From Chiloscyllium plagiosum (lineage: Eukaryota), in NCBI RefSeq assembly GCF_004010195.1, contig NC_057751.1, positions 15,420,241 to 15,484,240 of the forward strand: a stretch of 64,000 nt of DNA, given 5' to 3'. The notes under the pieces were generated by a model that was not told where the DNA came from, ran no database searches, and saw nothing but the letters and a program-made list of their open reading frames with translations. The stretch's first letter is position 1. Each line of letters starts with the position of its first letter. The translations under genes were made by a program, and so were the position numbers. Shown here one piece after another: positions 12,897-25,804 of this stretch.

Positions 12897-13041
12897 AAAA
12901 CCAAAAGAACAGGTGATGCTGTAAATCAGAAACAAAAACAGAAGTTGCTAGAAAAGCTCAGCAGGTCTGGATCTAAAACGTTAACTCTTTACAGATGCTG
13001 CCAGACTTGCTGAGCTTTTCCAGCAGCTTCTGTTTTTGTTC
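12897..13041. mobile_element. Short palindromic Penelope-like terminal remnant (family 3)
   Basis: aacaaaaacagaagttgctagaaaagctcagcaggtctgg is inverted as ccagacttgctgagcttttccagcagcttctgtttttgtt. Confidence 0.6.
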
Positions 13042-13396
13042 AAAAGAACATTGATGGCCACTTCCACTGATACACTGGGTGCATTGGAAAGCTGCTCAGA
13101 CATTCAGGCAAAGTGTACAGGGATCAGCCTTTCCTCGCCATAATCTCTGCTTCATCTCCCTGTGACTTCAACCCACCATCCTACTGCAACCTTTGTGTGG
13201 ACAGGTTCCCTATTACTCTGCCCACTCTGGAAGGTTGCAGCAACACTCACTGGCAAATCCACTGAGCCTCCGAAAACACTCTGTGCCTTGCCCAAGCAGA
13301 CCTTCAAAGTCACAAGTCCAGTCAAATTGGGGCCCAGTCCCTTTAAACAATGATTCCCTCATGCTGCCTTTGGCAATCAGTGTGCAGATCTGCTAA

Positions 13397-13685
13397 GATT
13401 AGATTAGATTCCCTACAGTGTGGAAACAGGCCCTTCGGCGCAACAAGTCCACACCGACCCTGTGAAGAGTAACTCACCCAGACCCATTTATCCCTGACTG
13501 ATGCACCTAATACTGTGGGCAATTTAGCATGGCCAATTCACCTGACCTGCACATCTTTGGAAACCATAGCACCTGGAGGAAACCCACGCAGACACGGGGA
13601 GAATGTGCAAACTCTACACACACAGGCTGGAATCGAACCTGGGTCCCAGGTGCTGCGAGGCAGCAGTGCTAACCACTGAGCCACC
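13397..13685 (-). mobile_element. HE1-type V-SINE, near full length
   Basis: Minus strand reads GGTGGCTCAGTGGTTAGCACTGCTGCC (A box) ... GGTTCGATTCC (B box), V-domain GAGTTTGCACATTCTCCCCGTGTCTGCGTGGGTTTCCTCC, CR1-like tail ending (AATCT)n. Confidence 0.88.
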
Positions 13686-14263
13686 TAAATGGACCAAACT
13701 AAGGAAAAGGGTGTCAGATGGATCAGAGGGACCATGTGAACTGCACACTTTCCCACCATGTGCAGTGCTCATGTGGGATGTTGGTGTGAGTGACCTTCTG
13801 AAGGCCATTTTGAAAAGGGAACAGAAAAGTATTTCTCCAGAATGGGCTGGGAGAGACCAGTCACCTTTCAGCAATAGCCGAATACATGCAGCTGTTGCTC
13901 AAATTAAGTGCAGTGATTTAATAAAAGAGTTCAGCGTGAGCTAACCTGCGAGGGTGTTGCTGCATCATTTAGTATTATGAGTCAGCATTAAGAACAATAC
14001 TTACCCAGTCAAGCGACATCCCCCACACAATTGGCTGCACCATCTGCGATTAACCTGTCCATGAACAAGTATCAGAATTTGCAAAAAAAATAAAGTGGTC
14101 AAAAAAAACCCTTCTCTTTAGCAACAGCCTTTTTGTGCCTATTCACAATATAATGGGAATTAAGGTCTTTTTGGAAGGAAATCATGGGATATGGGGAAAA
14201 GACAGCAAAGTGGAGTTGAAGATTATCAGAACAGCCATGTTCTTATTAAATAGCAGAAGGCAC

Positions 14264-14607
14264 TTAGAGAATCCCTACAGTGTGGGAAGAGGCCATTTGG
14301 CCCACTGAGTCCACACCGACCATCTGAAGAGCACCACCCCCAGATCCAACCCCCACACTATCCCTGTAACTCTGCATTTCCCATAGGATAATGCACTTAG
14401 CCGGCACACTGCTGGACACTATAGGCAAATTAGCCTGGCCAATCCACCTAAGCTGCACCCCTTTGGACTGTGGGATGAAACTGAAGCATTTGGAGGAAAC
14501 CCACGCAGACACGAGGAGGACGTGCAAACGCCACAGAGACAGTTGCCTGAGCGAATCAAACCCAGGACCTTGGCACTGTGAGGCAGCAGTACTTTCCACT
14601 GTGCCAC
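14264..14607 (-). mobile_element. HE1-type V-SINE
   Basis: Same head, V-domain and tail as the 13.4-kb copy, more diverged. Confidence 0.85.
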
Positions 14608-16526
14608 TTGATGGGCCGAATGGCCAATGCCTCTCTTGTGTCGAATGGTCTATTTCCAAAGAATTAAAAAAATATTCTTTTAAGTTTACCACAGTGGCAA
14701 AAAAAATTGAGATCACATTTAAATCATTCAGCTGCACTATCTGTATCTCCTTTTGGTGCTATGGGCACCAGGTCACATTTAAATAGCATCTGTGCCACAT
14801 CCTCACACCTCTGGGTAGGGGAGGCATGTTGGAGCTGAGAGGCATACCAGGCCATCATTTTAAAACGTCAGACAGTACTTACTGCTTGTGGGGCATCAAT
14901 AATGCTTGAGCTCAATGCTCCAGTCCTCTCTTAACCTTGCACAGCTAAACATGTGCTCAGCAGGAAGAAAGCACACTCCCCACCCCTTCCTCCCCAGTGT
15001 ACTTCAACAGGATTATCAACTCCTCTCAGGCAATGTCCCTGTAAAATGTTGATGTTGTGCACTGCCAGTTTCTTTAAATGCACCAGTATCGTGTAGCTAC
15101 TGAACGTGAAACAAGGCTTGTGTGGTACCATCAGGCTGCTGCTTGGCTGTGCACTCTCACAATGTAACATGCTCTGAGGTTAGTCGCTTATTCATCCCTG
15201 AGGGCATCCCTGAGTTAGTGGAGTGCTTGGTGGTTTGTATTTGGTGAAGCTGACAGTGAGTGGTGTGGCATGTGGTGATAGCATCAGTTCTGACTTCATA
15301 ATCACCTTCTCGTTGATTCACGGCTGCTGTATTAACTATCCTCAGCCTTCTTGCTTAATCGGCAGTCTACAAATTAACCTTTTGCAGAAAATGACTCGGC
15401 TGAAACATTACCAATGCGCAGGCCCCTATGAATCATCATTGTGTGGCCCAGCATTAGGGCAAGCAATGTATCCATTCCTGAATGAACTGAGGGTGGTTAC
15501 GCTTCTCCCAGATCAAAAAAACCATGATAATTGTACTATTATGGCCTGCATTCACCCTGCTCACACCACTACATGTTCTCACTGAATTGAGAAGATTTGG
15601 AATCACAGTGTGCACAGCAAACACTCACAAACAGCAATAGAGAGGAGGTGACCTTGCAGGGATGGTGGTTGAGCGGTAAATATTGACCTTGGGTGCCCCT
15701 GCTCTTCCCTCAAAATATTGCTGTGGGATGGTTTACATGCCCCAGTAGGGCAGGCAGGGCCTCAGTCAAATCTTGAGGTGTGCGGCACTGGTCTGAAGCT
15801 ACACCACATCTCGACCAGGTTCTTTTTTCCAATGCCATGTTTGTACAGGTTACTAACAGCAATGACAGAGCTCCTTTGTGCTCAGGGGCAAGATCGGTGC
15901 CCTGATCATGGGTCCTCTGGGCAGATAGTTTTGCTTTATGTATAAGTTCAAAGGGAATCAGTGTAATTCATCTCAGGAAGCATGGATGGACATTTTGGTT
16001 GGGATGGACCAGTTTGGGCCAAAGGGCCTGTCTCTGTGCTGTAGGACTCTATGACTCGAAGGGTTTTACTTGTGGCAAGTCAGATCGTTTCCATTCTAGG
16101 ATGGTTTCTGAGAGCTTCTTAAAGGTAAAGATATTATTTAAAGGTTAATAGAACAGTGAACAGAGAGACAGAGTATTTAGAAGAAGCACAAAATGCGTAA
16201 CAAGTGAGAGGGATTCTGTGAGCAGTCCGAGGGAGTTTGGCCAACTAGGTTTTCATGTGAGGTCATTTATATTAGAAGAGGAGATCATGGAATAATTGAA
16301 AAATACAGAGGTCATTTAACCAATCATGTCTATGCCAACAATAAAAAGAACAGCTAACATGCCCACTCCCACTCTTCAGCTTTTGGTCCTCTCAGCTGTG
16401 ATATCAAGTGAATACCCAAATGTGTTTCTTTCAAATATGAGGAGGTGACATATCTGTCTTTATCCCTTATTGGGAAGTGAATTCTAGAGCTCGACCATCT
16501 TTTAAGTAAAAAAGAATTCTCCTCAC

Positions 16527-18070
16527 TGTAGTGATTGAATTGAGTTCAGCCAAGTGGACCTGATAGAATATGAGTTTACTGACTGGGGCTGTTAATCTGG
16601 TCCAATCAGAGACCCCGGCTGACAGATGTAAACAGAAGTGTCAGAGGTTCGGTTAACTCTGAGAGTTGGCTCTCAGGGAGCTGAATCTGTGTCAAAGACT
16701 CTCCACACGTAAAGAAATAGTGACTGGGTGACGGGATACTGACCTCTGTGGAGTTATTTCGGTCTGCTCACAATGGTCATCTTTTGAGTCGGGATGAGTA
16801 TTTCTGGTATCATGCCCTTATTTGGGAAGCTTGACTTGTTCAATCCTGCATTGAAGACTGGGCTCAGTATGTGGAGAAAGTGAGGACTGCAGATGCTGGA
16901 CATCAGAGTCAAGAGTGTGATACTGGAGGTCAGGCAGCATCCAAGAAGCAGGAGAATCGACGTTTCAGGCATAAGCACTTCATCAGGAATGAGCTCATTC
17001 CTGATGAAGGGCTTATGCCTGAAACATCGATTCTCTTGCTCCTCGGATGCTGCCTGACTGGCTGCGCTTTTCCAGTATCACACACTCGACTCTGAGCTCA
17101 GTATGTGGAAACAACGCATTACTTTTCCAGGTAAATGACATCGGGGTAGATGAAAAGCAATGAATAATTCTCCTTACAGCTTGTGGACCCACAGCCTTTT
17201 TGATTATGAGAAGCGAAACTTTCCCTGTGCCTGAGACATTAAAACCTTTCAAGAGGAAACGGATTTAGTTAAGGAATATTACAAACCCTATTAAGAGACG
17301 CTATCGGTTTTCTTCGGCAATTCGAGAACCAGGGGAATGTACTGGGGTTTTTGACTCGGTTAAGATAACTGGCAGATCACATAACTTTGGTGCAACCCTT
17401 AATGAAATGCTGAGAGACCATTTGGTATGTGGGATTAATGATGTAACCATGCAAAAGCATCTCCTAGCTGGAGCCGAACAGGCACAATAACTGGCTTTAT
17501 CATTGGAAAATGCGGCTAGTGGAACATTTGAGTTGCAGTGTATTCAGACGGAAGTGGACACCCTTGCCACTCTGACCGAGCTTAGAGAACGCCACTTGAG
17601 TAAAGGCAATTGCAGAGGCCCACTCAAGACATACCCTGAACAAAGGGACTCTAGATCACTCCACAGCAAAACCCCAAAACAAAGCCAAGTCTTGGCCAAA
17701 CAGTTAAAACTTTTCTTCAGGATCCCAGCCGGAAAGCCATTGTAGTTGCTGCTGGCTGCGGACACAAGACAACAAGAGAGTGCCACAAAACCTAAATTGT
17801 GGAAAAGAACTCATAGAGCAGTATCCAGGAAAATGCACACCCTGGATGGTCCACCTACATCTGGTTTGACCCAGTTAAACTGCTTAGTAACATCCAAATC
17901 AGAACCAATAGAAAAAACTGTCTGAGTAAATGGTCTCCCCAGTTCTAATGCAGGTCGATACCGGAGTGGTCATTTCAGTGATCACAGAACCGGTCTTTAA
18001 CCAAATTCGCTCTGGACCCCCAACCTTAAGTTTGTGCAAGACCTCGACTGCACTGAGAACCTTTACCAGG
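16527..18070 (+). mobile_element. Truncated, decayed Ty3/Gypsy LTR retrotransposon (5' LTR ~16527-16761, gag, protease)
   Basis: LTR starts TGTAGTGA and matches the solo LTR at 23.1 kb. Gag-like MPLFGKLDLF..EDWAQYVE and NFGATLNEMLRDHLVCGIND; aspartyl protease motif VLMQVDTGVVISVI at ~17950. Stops and frameshifts throughout. Confidence 0.82.
16876..17095. mobile_element. Palindromic Penelope-like insertion in Gypsy gag
   Basis: Inverted arms meet at ggaatGAGCTCattcc, with a hammerhead core on each strand. Flanked by the 14-bp direct repeat gctcagtatgtgga (16862-16875 and 17096-17109). Confidence 0.8.
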
Positions 18071-19624
18071 TCACTGACAGTTGTTAGAGTGAGCGAACAG
18101 GTGGCACATAATGTTCAATGCAGAGAAGTGTGAAGTGCTGCACTGTCAGGTGAGTTCAGCTATCATTTTAAACATTCACTCCCTCCATATTGAGGCACAG
18201 CAGCAGCAGTGTGTCCCATCTACAGGACGCACTACAACAACTCGTCAAGGCCCTTTAGACAGTATCTTCTAAGTCCACGACCACTGCCACTTGGATGGAC
18301 AAGGGCAGCAGATACATGGAGACACCGCCACTTGCAAGTTTCCCTCCAATCAATCTCTGCTTGGAACTGTTTGGGCCAACATCTATTATTCATCCCTAAA
18401 TGCCTCCACCACATTGCCTCAGGCTCACGTCGGCAAGACTCACTCAGGACGATAGGTTTTCTTCCTTCAAGGCCATTCATGAACCAGATAGGTTTTTACG
18501 ACAATCATGAGCTACCTTTGAACTCCAGATTTGAATTAATTCGAATAAGCTGCATGGTACCAAGAAGGATAATGTGCCATGGTCACTGTGGTACAGGGTG
18601 CCATCTGGGAAGCAGGTGAGGACCGTCTTCTTTTCAGTATGACACTTGATGGCAGATTTGAAAGACCATGGGACAGTAGTTGAGGAGGTGATGAAGGGGG
18701 CAACAATTTACAATATCAGCATGCATGGACTTCAGGAGGACAATATGGATTATCAGCAGTTTTAGTGAAGATAGGCTCAACAGAGGTGAGGGCAGGGGTG
18801 GAAGGAGGAGGGGCAGTGGGGAAGCTAGGGAATTATGCAGCTTCAGAACAAAGGCAAGGGGGAGCTGGGAAGACAATGACATGGTGAGGAATGGGGGAAG
18901 GCAAGCCGCTGAAAAAAACTAGCTCTGTATATTTCTCGTTGTTGTAGGTGAGTTGAGGGTCAGGGAGCAGGACGGAAAGGCAGCGGGGGGGGATTTAAAG
19001 CAAGGGATGCAAGTTATAGAAACAAGCATGGGTTATCATTGCTTACCAGATGATGCTGGACTAGTGTTTGGCAGCAGTGATTTGGGGACAACAGCACTTT
19101 ATGTTGATAAAGCTCTCCGTGCACAATATAAAATGAGAGCAGGAAGAAGTATATGATTTGGCAATTTGACAACAGTTTTGTAATGTGTCAGGTAGAACTA
19201 GAACTCTGGAAATGGAACTGGTGTAGGCAGGAGACCCCCTGAAGTTGAGATTTGTGCAGAGGAGGACAGTACATGATTGTCATCCTTAAATATTTCATGT
19301 GGACAGGAGGTAGCAGGAGTGTCACAATCCTTACCATGGTCTGTTTACCCACCTGTCTTGTCCATCAGTCATAGGATCAAATCCCACTCTTGCACCCCAT
19401 CAAGGCTGACACCTCAGTGTTGCACTGAGAAAATGCCAATTTCAATAATATCACCTTTCAGAGAAGACATTAAACACAAGTCCCATCTGCTCACGTCTGG
19501 TGAATTTTCAAAGATTAGGACATCTGGTCGGTATGGATGAGTTGAATCAAAGGGTCTGTTTCCATTCTGTATAGCCGTATGACTCGAAAATTCCATGACA
19601 CTATTTGAAGATGAGCAGAGAGAA

Positions 19625-20421
19625 CAACCTGGGAAAATGTGAGGTCATGCACTTTGGTAGGAAGAAGAGAGGCATGGACTATTTTCTAAATGGGGAGAAA
19701 ATTTAGAAGTCTGAACTGCAAAGAGACTTGGGAGTTCTAGTCCAGGATTCTCTCCAGGTAAACTTGCAGGATGCATCAGTAGTTAGGGAGGCAAATGCAA
19801 TGATGGCATTTACTTTGAGAGGACTTGAATATAAAAACAGAGATGTACTCCTGAGGCTCTATAAGGCTCTGGTCAGATTGCATTTGGAGAATTGTGCACA
19901 GTTTTGGGCCCCATATTATAGGAAGGACATACTGGCCCGAGAGTGGTTTCAGAGGAGGTCCCAGGAATGAAAAGCAGAACATATAAGGAACGTTTGAGGA
20001 CTCTGGGTTTATATTTGATGGAGTTTAGAAGGATGAGGGGAGATCTAATTGAAGCATACAGAATACTGAATGGCCTAGACAGAGAAGATATTGGGAAGAT
20101 GTTTCCATTGCTAGGAGAGACTGGGACCCGAGGGCACAGCCTTCGAGTAAAGAAAAAACTTTTTAGAACTGAGACAAAGAAAAACGTCTTTAGCCAGAGA
20201 GTGGTGAATCTATGGAATTCATTGTCACAGAAGGCTGTTGAGGCTAGGTCATTGAGTATATTTAAGACTGAGATGGATAGGTTCTTTAGTATCAAGGGGA
20301 TCAAGGGTTATGGAGAGAAAGCAGGAAAATAGGGTTGAGAAACGTATCAGCCATGATTAAATGGCGGAGCAGATTTGATGGGCTGAATGGCCTAATTTCT
20401 GTTTCTATGTCTTATGGTCTT
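19625..20421 (+). mobile_element. CR1 3' fragment
   Basis: LRLYKALVRLHLENCAQFWAPYYRKD and RGDLIEAYRIL...QRVVNLWNSL. Confidence 0.92.
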
Positions 20422-21184
20422 AACTCTTCTGGTGTCAAGACCTTCAATTCTCCTCAAGCCGGACCCAACGAAGACAGCTCATTTCTCTGTCTGCAACAGC
20501 AACTCCACCTCATTAGCTGTGAGATGATACACAGATTATGTGATAAGGCGAGTTCTATTTTTAATGCCACTTTTCACCTTGGCGAATGTAACAACCAGAA
20601 TAGGAACACTGAATGATCAGGAGACACCCAAGTGTGAGATGAATGATCATATCACATTACGATGTTTGCAAGAGGGGGTTTAGCCATAGCAAAGTAAAAA
20701 TAGAGGAGCCTTAGCCAGTGTGGACGTAAGGGTCATCACTGAATTAGAGGTTAGGGGGATGAATAGAAGTTCCCTGAACGTACACTGTTTTCTCATTACA
20801 TTGGGTTATATCCAACTGGAGCCCATAGCTTCTTGTTGCCATGTGCCACCATCCCCCACCTTGCTGCCTGCTTCTCTGTGTTCCTCCTGTGGCAAAATAA
20901 TTCCTCATACATCATCTTTGGACAATAAGAAGGAGAAACTATTAAGAAAATATCGGCACTGTACTCCAGGGCTGAATATTGTCTACTCGCTAGTGGTTTT
21001 CATGGGTCTTTATCAATGAGTATAACACAGACACAATCAAAGGTAGGCTGTTCAGTCTGCAGATCTCTTATCTCCATTCAAATATTTTTCAGGTTGTCCA
21101 CAAACTGGAACATTATGACCACTGTTACAAGGTTACAGATTATCACCCTGTGACACTCTGCTTTGTTAAACAAAGAAGACTTGG

Positions 21185-21960
21185 ATTTATATAGTATCTC
21201 TCACAACCCCAAAACATTCCCAAAATGTTGCACAGTCACTGAAGGGGTTTTGGAGTTCAGTCAACGTTGTAATGCCAGAAACATGAGGCCAGTTTGTAGA
21301 CAGCAAGCTCTTGTAAACGGCTGAATGAGGATGAAATACCTGCCAACATACTGAGGAGATCTCCTCTGCCATACAAATCTTTTCAATCCAGCTGTAAAAG
21401 CATTGGCTTAATGTCTCATTTAAAAGAAGGAATCCTGACAATGCAACACTCACTCAGTACTGATCCTCTGACAGCACAGCACTCCCTCAGTACTGACCCT
21501 CCGACAGAGGGGCATTCCCTCAGCACTGACCGTCTGACAGTGCAGCACTCTCTCAGGACTGACCCATTGTCAGTGTGGCACTCCTTCAGTACTGACCCTC
21601 TGACAATGCAGCACTCTCTCAGGACTGACCCCATGTCAGTGTGGCACTCCTTCTGTACTGACCCTCTGACAATGCAGCACTCTCTCAGGACTGACCCCTT
21701 GTCAGTGTGGCACTCCTTCAGTTCTGACCCTCTGACAATGCAGTACTCTCTCAGGACGGTTACCCTGTCAGTGTGGCACTCCTTCAGTACTGACCCTCTG
21801 ACAATGCAGCACTCCCTCAGTGCTGACCCTCTGACAGTGCAGTGCTCCCTCAATTCCACACATTGGGTATATCAATTTAGATTATATGTTATCCCTAGAG
21901 TGGGACATGAACTTGGAAACACCTGACTTAGGCTGGACTGTAACCTACTGACCCACACAT
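21185..21960 (-). mobile_element. DeuSINE-like element with an internal minisatellite expansion
   Basis: Tail at 21185-21330 and tRNA-like head at ~21895-21958 flank the 33-bp array. Confidence 0.6.
21435..21852. repeat. 33-bp minisatellite, ~12.5 units, with a 66-bp dimeric higher-order repeat
   Basis: Consensus ~ctgaccctctgacaRtgcagcactccctcagta; conceptual translation alternates MQHSLRTDPLS / VWHSFSTDPLT. Confidence 0.93.
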
Positions 21961-22126
21961 CGCCAACTGTCCTTGAATTTTCCCTTGTTGGAACAATTCG
22001 ATGGATTGATACTGCAGGTCCTAGGACATTCAGTGTATCCAGTTGGCTCGTGAGCTGGACATTTCAAATAAAGTGTACTTTCTGGGTCATCTGCATTTGT
22101 TGGAGATATGTAGTCAGTGACTCATT

Positions 22127-22280
22127 ACTGGAGTTAGCTCAGTTGACTGGTGGGTTTTCAATGCAGAGTAGACTCAACATTATGGGTTCAATTCCAGAAC
22201 TGGCTGAGGTTACCATGAAAGTTACACCTTCTCAGCCTCTCCCTTCGCCTGAGGCATGCTGACCCTCAGGGTTAAACCAA
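22127..22280 (+). mobile_element. tRNA-derived SINE 5' part
   Basis: A box ttagctcagttg and B box gggttcaattcc followed by a non-tRNA body. Confidence 0.55.
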
Positions 22281-23103
22281 TTTCCCCTCCCACGTGGTTG
22301 ATAGTGGCCTCCAGTGCATCTCATCCACTTCCCGCACCTCCGCCCTCGAACCCCACCCCTCCAAAATCAAAGCTTCTTACTGTCGAAAAAAGAACACATA
22401 AAGCTGCCCATTAGTTAAAACAAGCCCAAATTTAAGCCCAACATAAAGACAAATTTTGTCAAAAGACTGGCATTGTCACTTGTTCATAGTAATAGAATAT
22501 GTAAGTTTAATTAACAGCTGTTTTCCTCTGCATTGGGAAAGCCAGTTTACATCTGATGGGCTTGTTGTTGTTCAAGGAAAGAAGATTCTATTTCGATGTT
22601 CTCTTTCCTTGAAATCTGCCATTTCATCAAAGAAAACAGCTTCCGCATGACCAGCCTCGTTTCACGACAAAAGTCCTTGTTTAAAATTCGTGCCCTGGAG
22701 GCAATGTCGTATCTACTCATCCTATGGGTTTGTGTGGTGACCTGCCCATCAGAGTTAGACTGCGTAAGAACTGTTATCATCTTCTGTGTCTGTGGAATCA
22801 CTGCTGATGTGATTGTTCAATTCATCTGACAGCTTTTCTAAAACCTTTTCATTCAGATTGAATGCATCTTCATTTTTAATAAATGAATAACGTTTCATAC
22901 CAAATGCAACTTACTCCCTCTTTAATTGTTCTCAATGCAATCCCCTCTCTTCATGATTAAGCGGGGAGAAGATTCTCCCTCCAGCCCTTCAAATTGCTTT
23001 CTGATTCCCACCTCCATTGCTCTTCCTTGCTGTGCACAGATGGGACGTGGTTAGAGCTTAGAGACTAACAGCAGGAAGACAGATAATTTGGAGTTTACAA
23101 TGG

Positions 23104-23317
23104 TGAAATACTTCCACAGAGGCTGGTATCCCATCACGTGGAGAGTCCTTCACACTGATCCAGCTTCCTCAGAGTCAGCTCTCAGAGTGAACAGGATATT
23201 GACACTCCTGTTCTTATCTCTTTGTTATGGCTCCCTAATTGGACCAGATTAACAAACCCAATTGAGGAATTCATATTCTAGGAGGTCCCTCTGGCTGACC
23301 TCATTACAGTCACTACA
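23104..23317 (-). mobile_element. Gypsy solo LTR
   Basis: Minus strand TGTAGTGA...TATTTCA, homologous to 16527-16761; flanks aatgg/aacgg form a 5-bp TSD with one CpG-type mismatch. Confidence 0.8.
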
Positions 23318-23849
23318 AACGGAATGAATATTGAGTATGAGATGACAGGAATTAGGGATTTAGAGAGGGAAAGAACACAGCTGAGACTTAGAAAAGCTAC
23401 AAGAGGAAATCAGGATGTCAGTGCAAAGGACGAATATTCAGGATTATTGGAGGGTGCAAGAAAAGAAAATGAGAAGAGTTTTTCACACAACGAATAGATA
23501 TTGTGCTGACTTCCTCGAACCCATTTTAAGAGATTAAAAACGACACAAAGGATTATGAGAATGCACTTAACACAAAAACGCAGAGTTTATCACAGCAGTG
23601 AGGTGGGAATTAGATAGACACAAGAAGAAAATTTGAAAGTGGGCAAAGAAAGAGGTGGGCTCAGAGTAGATTTCCCTGATGTGGAGAAAACACCAATAAT
23701 GGGTCAATAAGCTGTCTTTCTGACTGAAAGATGATTTTGGCAAATCTTGCTTTTATTCTGGTGTGATAAGCAATTCCTGAATTAGGGATCATTATTGAAT
23801 TTGATAAAAGTTGCCAATGTCTCACACTCTCAGCAGGTGGTGGTTTAAG

Positions 23850-24285
23850 TTGAGAGTGTGGTGCTGGAAAAGTACAGCAGGTCAGGCAGCATCCGAGGAG
23901 CAGGAAAATCAACCTTTCGGGCAAAAGCCCTTCTTCAGGAATGAGGCTTGTGAGCCGTGGGGATGGTGAGATAAATGGGAGGGGGGGGGAATAGGTGGAA
24001 AGGAAGATGGACAGGTAGCACAGGTTGAAGGTTGGATCTGGGATAAGGGTGGGAGGAGGGGAAATGAGGAAACTGGTGAAATCCACATTGATGCCATGGA
24101 GTTGGAGGGTCCTGAGGAGGAAGATGAGGTGGTTAGGGAGTGGCGATGGAGGAGGCCCAGGACCCACATATCCTTGGTGTAATGGGAAGGGGAGTTGAAG
24201 TGTCCAGCCACGGGGCAGTGGGGTTGGTTGGTGCTGGTGTCCCGGAGAAGTTCTCTGAAATGCTCTGCGAGTAGGTGTCCTGGTC
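23850..24285 (-). mobile_element. Penelope-like element 3' fragment (GIY-YIG C-terminal part plus hammerhead tail)
   Basis: LLAEHFRELLRDTSTNQPHCPVAGHFNSPSH...LGLLH and TLQLHGINVDF; hammerhead core at ~23907-23942. Confidence 0.82.
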
Positions 24286-24809
24286 TGAGAAGTGTCAATT
24301 AGCACCACCTGTTCACGTGTCCAAAAGACAGCATTTATCTTCCCATAACATTTGGTGGTATTATTATTGTCAAATCTCCCATTATCAATATTTCTGGGAG
24401 TCACCATGGAGCAGCCATATAAATAGGGTGGCAGGTCAGAAGCTGAGATCTTTGCAGCGTTTAACTTACGTGCTGACGCCCAAAGCCTGTCACCATTGAC
24501 AAGCCGACAGCATGAGCATTTGCCTGGATGAATGCAGTTCCACAAGCACTCAAGTAGTTTCACACCAACCGGGACAAAACAGCTCACTTGATCATCACCC
24601 GACCCACAATCTTAAATATTCACTTCCTCCGGCACCAGCAAACTGTGGCAGCAATATGTGCCATCTACAAAATGCACTTCAACAACTCCCATTACTGACT
24701 TCCTATTTCTCACTTAACTTCTGTCAGGCAAAGCCCTTTATTGGGTTCAGGTCTTTGGGAAAGCAGGGTGGGATCCAAAAGCTCCAGTTTATGGGCAGAG
24801 AGAAGGTAA

Positions 24810-25600
24810 ATGGATAAAATGTGAGGTGCTGCATTTTGGGAAAGCAAATCTTAGCAGGACTTATACACTTAATGGTAAGGTGCTATGGAGTGTTGCTGAA
24901 CAAAGAGACCTTGGAGTGCAGGTTCAGAGCTCCTTGAAAGTGGAGTCGCAGGTAGATAGGATAGTGAAGAAAGCGTTTGGTATGCTTTCCTTTATCGGTC
25001 AGAGTATTGAGTACAGGAGTTGGGAGGTCATGTTGCGGCTGTACAGCACATTGGTAATGCTACTTTTGGAATATTGCATGTAATTCTGGTCTCCTTCCTA
25101 TCGGAAAGATGTTGTGAAATTTGAAAGGGTTCAGAAAAGATTTACAAGGATGTTGCCAGGATTGGAGGATTTGAGCTACAGGGAGAGGCTGAATAGGCTG
25201 GGGCTGTTTTCCTGGAACGTCGGAGACTGAGGGGTGACCTTACAGAGGTTTATAAAATCATGAGGAGCATGGATAGGATAAATCGACAAAGTCTTTTCCC
25301 TGGGGTCGGGGAGTCCAGAACTAGAGGGGCATAGGTTTAGGATGAGAGGGGAAACATATAAAAGCAACCTAAGGAGCAGCTGTTTCACACAGAGGGTGGT
25401 ATGTGTCTGGAATGAGCTGCCAGATGAAGTGGTGGAGGCTGGTATAACTGCAACATTTAAGAGGCATCTGGATGGGTATATGAATAGGAAGGGTTTGGAG
25501 GGATATGGGCCGGGTGTTGGCAGGTGGGACTAGATTGGGTTGGGATATCTGGGTCGGCATGGACGAGCTGGACCAAAAGGGTCTGTTTCCATGCTGTACT
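24810..25600 (+). mobile_element. CR1 3' fragment (relatively young)
   Basis: CEVLHFGKAN...QRDLGVQV...LRLYSTLV...QRVVCVWNELPDEVVEAG. Confidence 0.93.
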
Positions 25601-25771
25601 TGCAGTCACACTCTCTCTGTCTTGAGAAAGGGAAAACAGCAAACAGGAATTCTGAAACTGCTGAAGGAACACTGATCGAACAGAGAAAAAAAGCAACCTC
25701 ACGTTTTGTACATGGACTCTTCAAAACCATAGCAGCTCTTAGAAGAAGCAACTGAGGCCATAGAAAGAAAC

Positions 25772-25803
<32 letters not shown>
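25772..25803. repeat. (AG)n microsatellite
   Basis: Seen directly; similar runs at 28664-28686 (CT), 38352-38379 (AG) and 9278-9300 (CA). Confidence 0.9.

Positions 25804-25804
<1 letters not shown>

Noticed and set aside
13620-13685. tRNA gene suggested by A and B boxes (also 2570, 14550, 22135, 27210)
   Set aside because: Each continues into a SINE body and tail and lacks a complete cloverleaf.
16811-18133. Domesticated gag or protease gene
   Set aside because: Multiple stops and frameshifts, an inserted element, and truncation before RT.
21411-21926. Repetitive 171-aa and 147-aa ORFs on both strands
   Set aside because: They result from a stop-free 33-bp minisatellite inside a SINE, with no splice or homology support.
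23661-24587. 308-aa minus-strand ORF, the longest in the track
   Set aside because: It runs across an antisense LINE fragment, a Penelope fragment read mostly out of frame, and flanking DNA, so it is a chance chimera.
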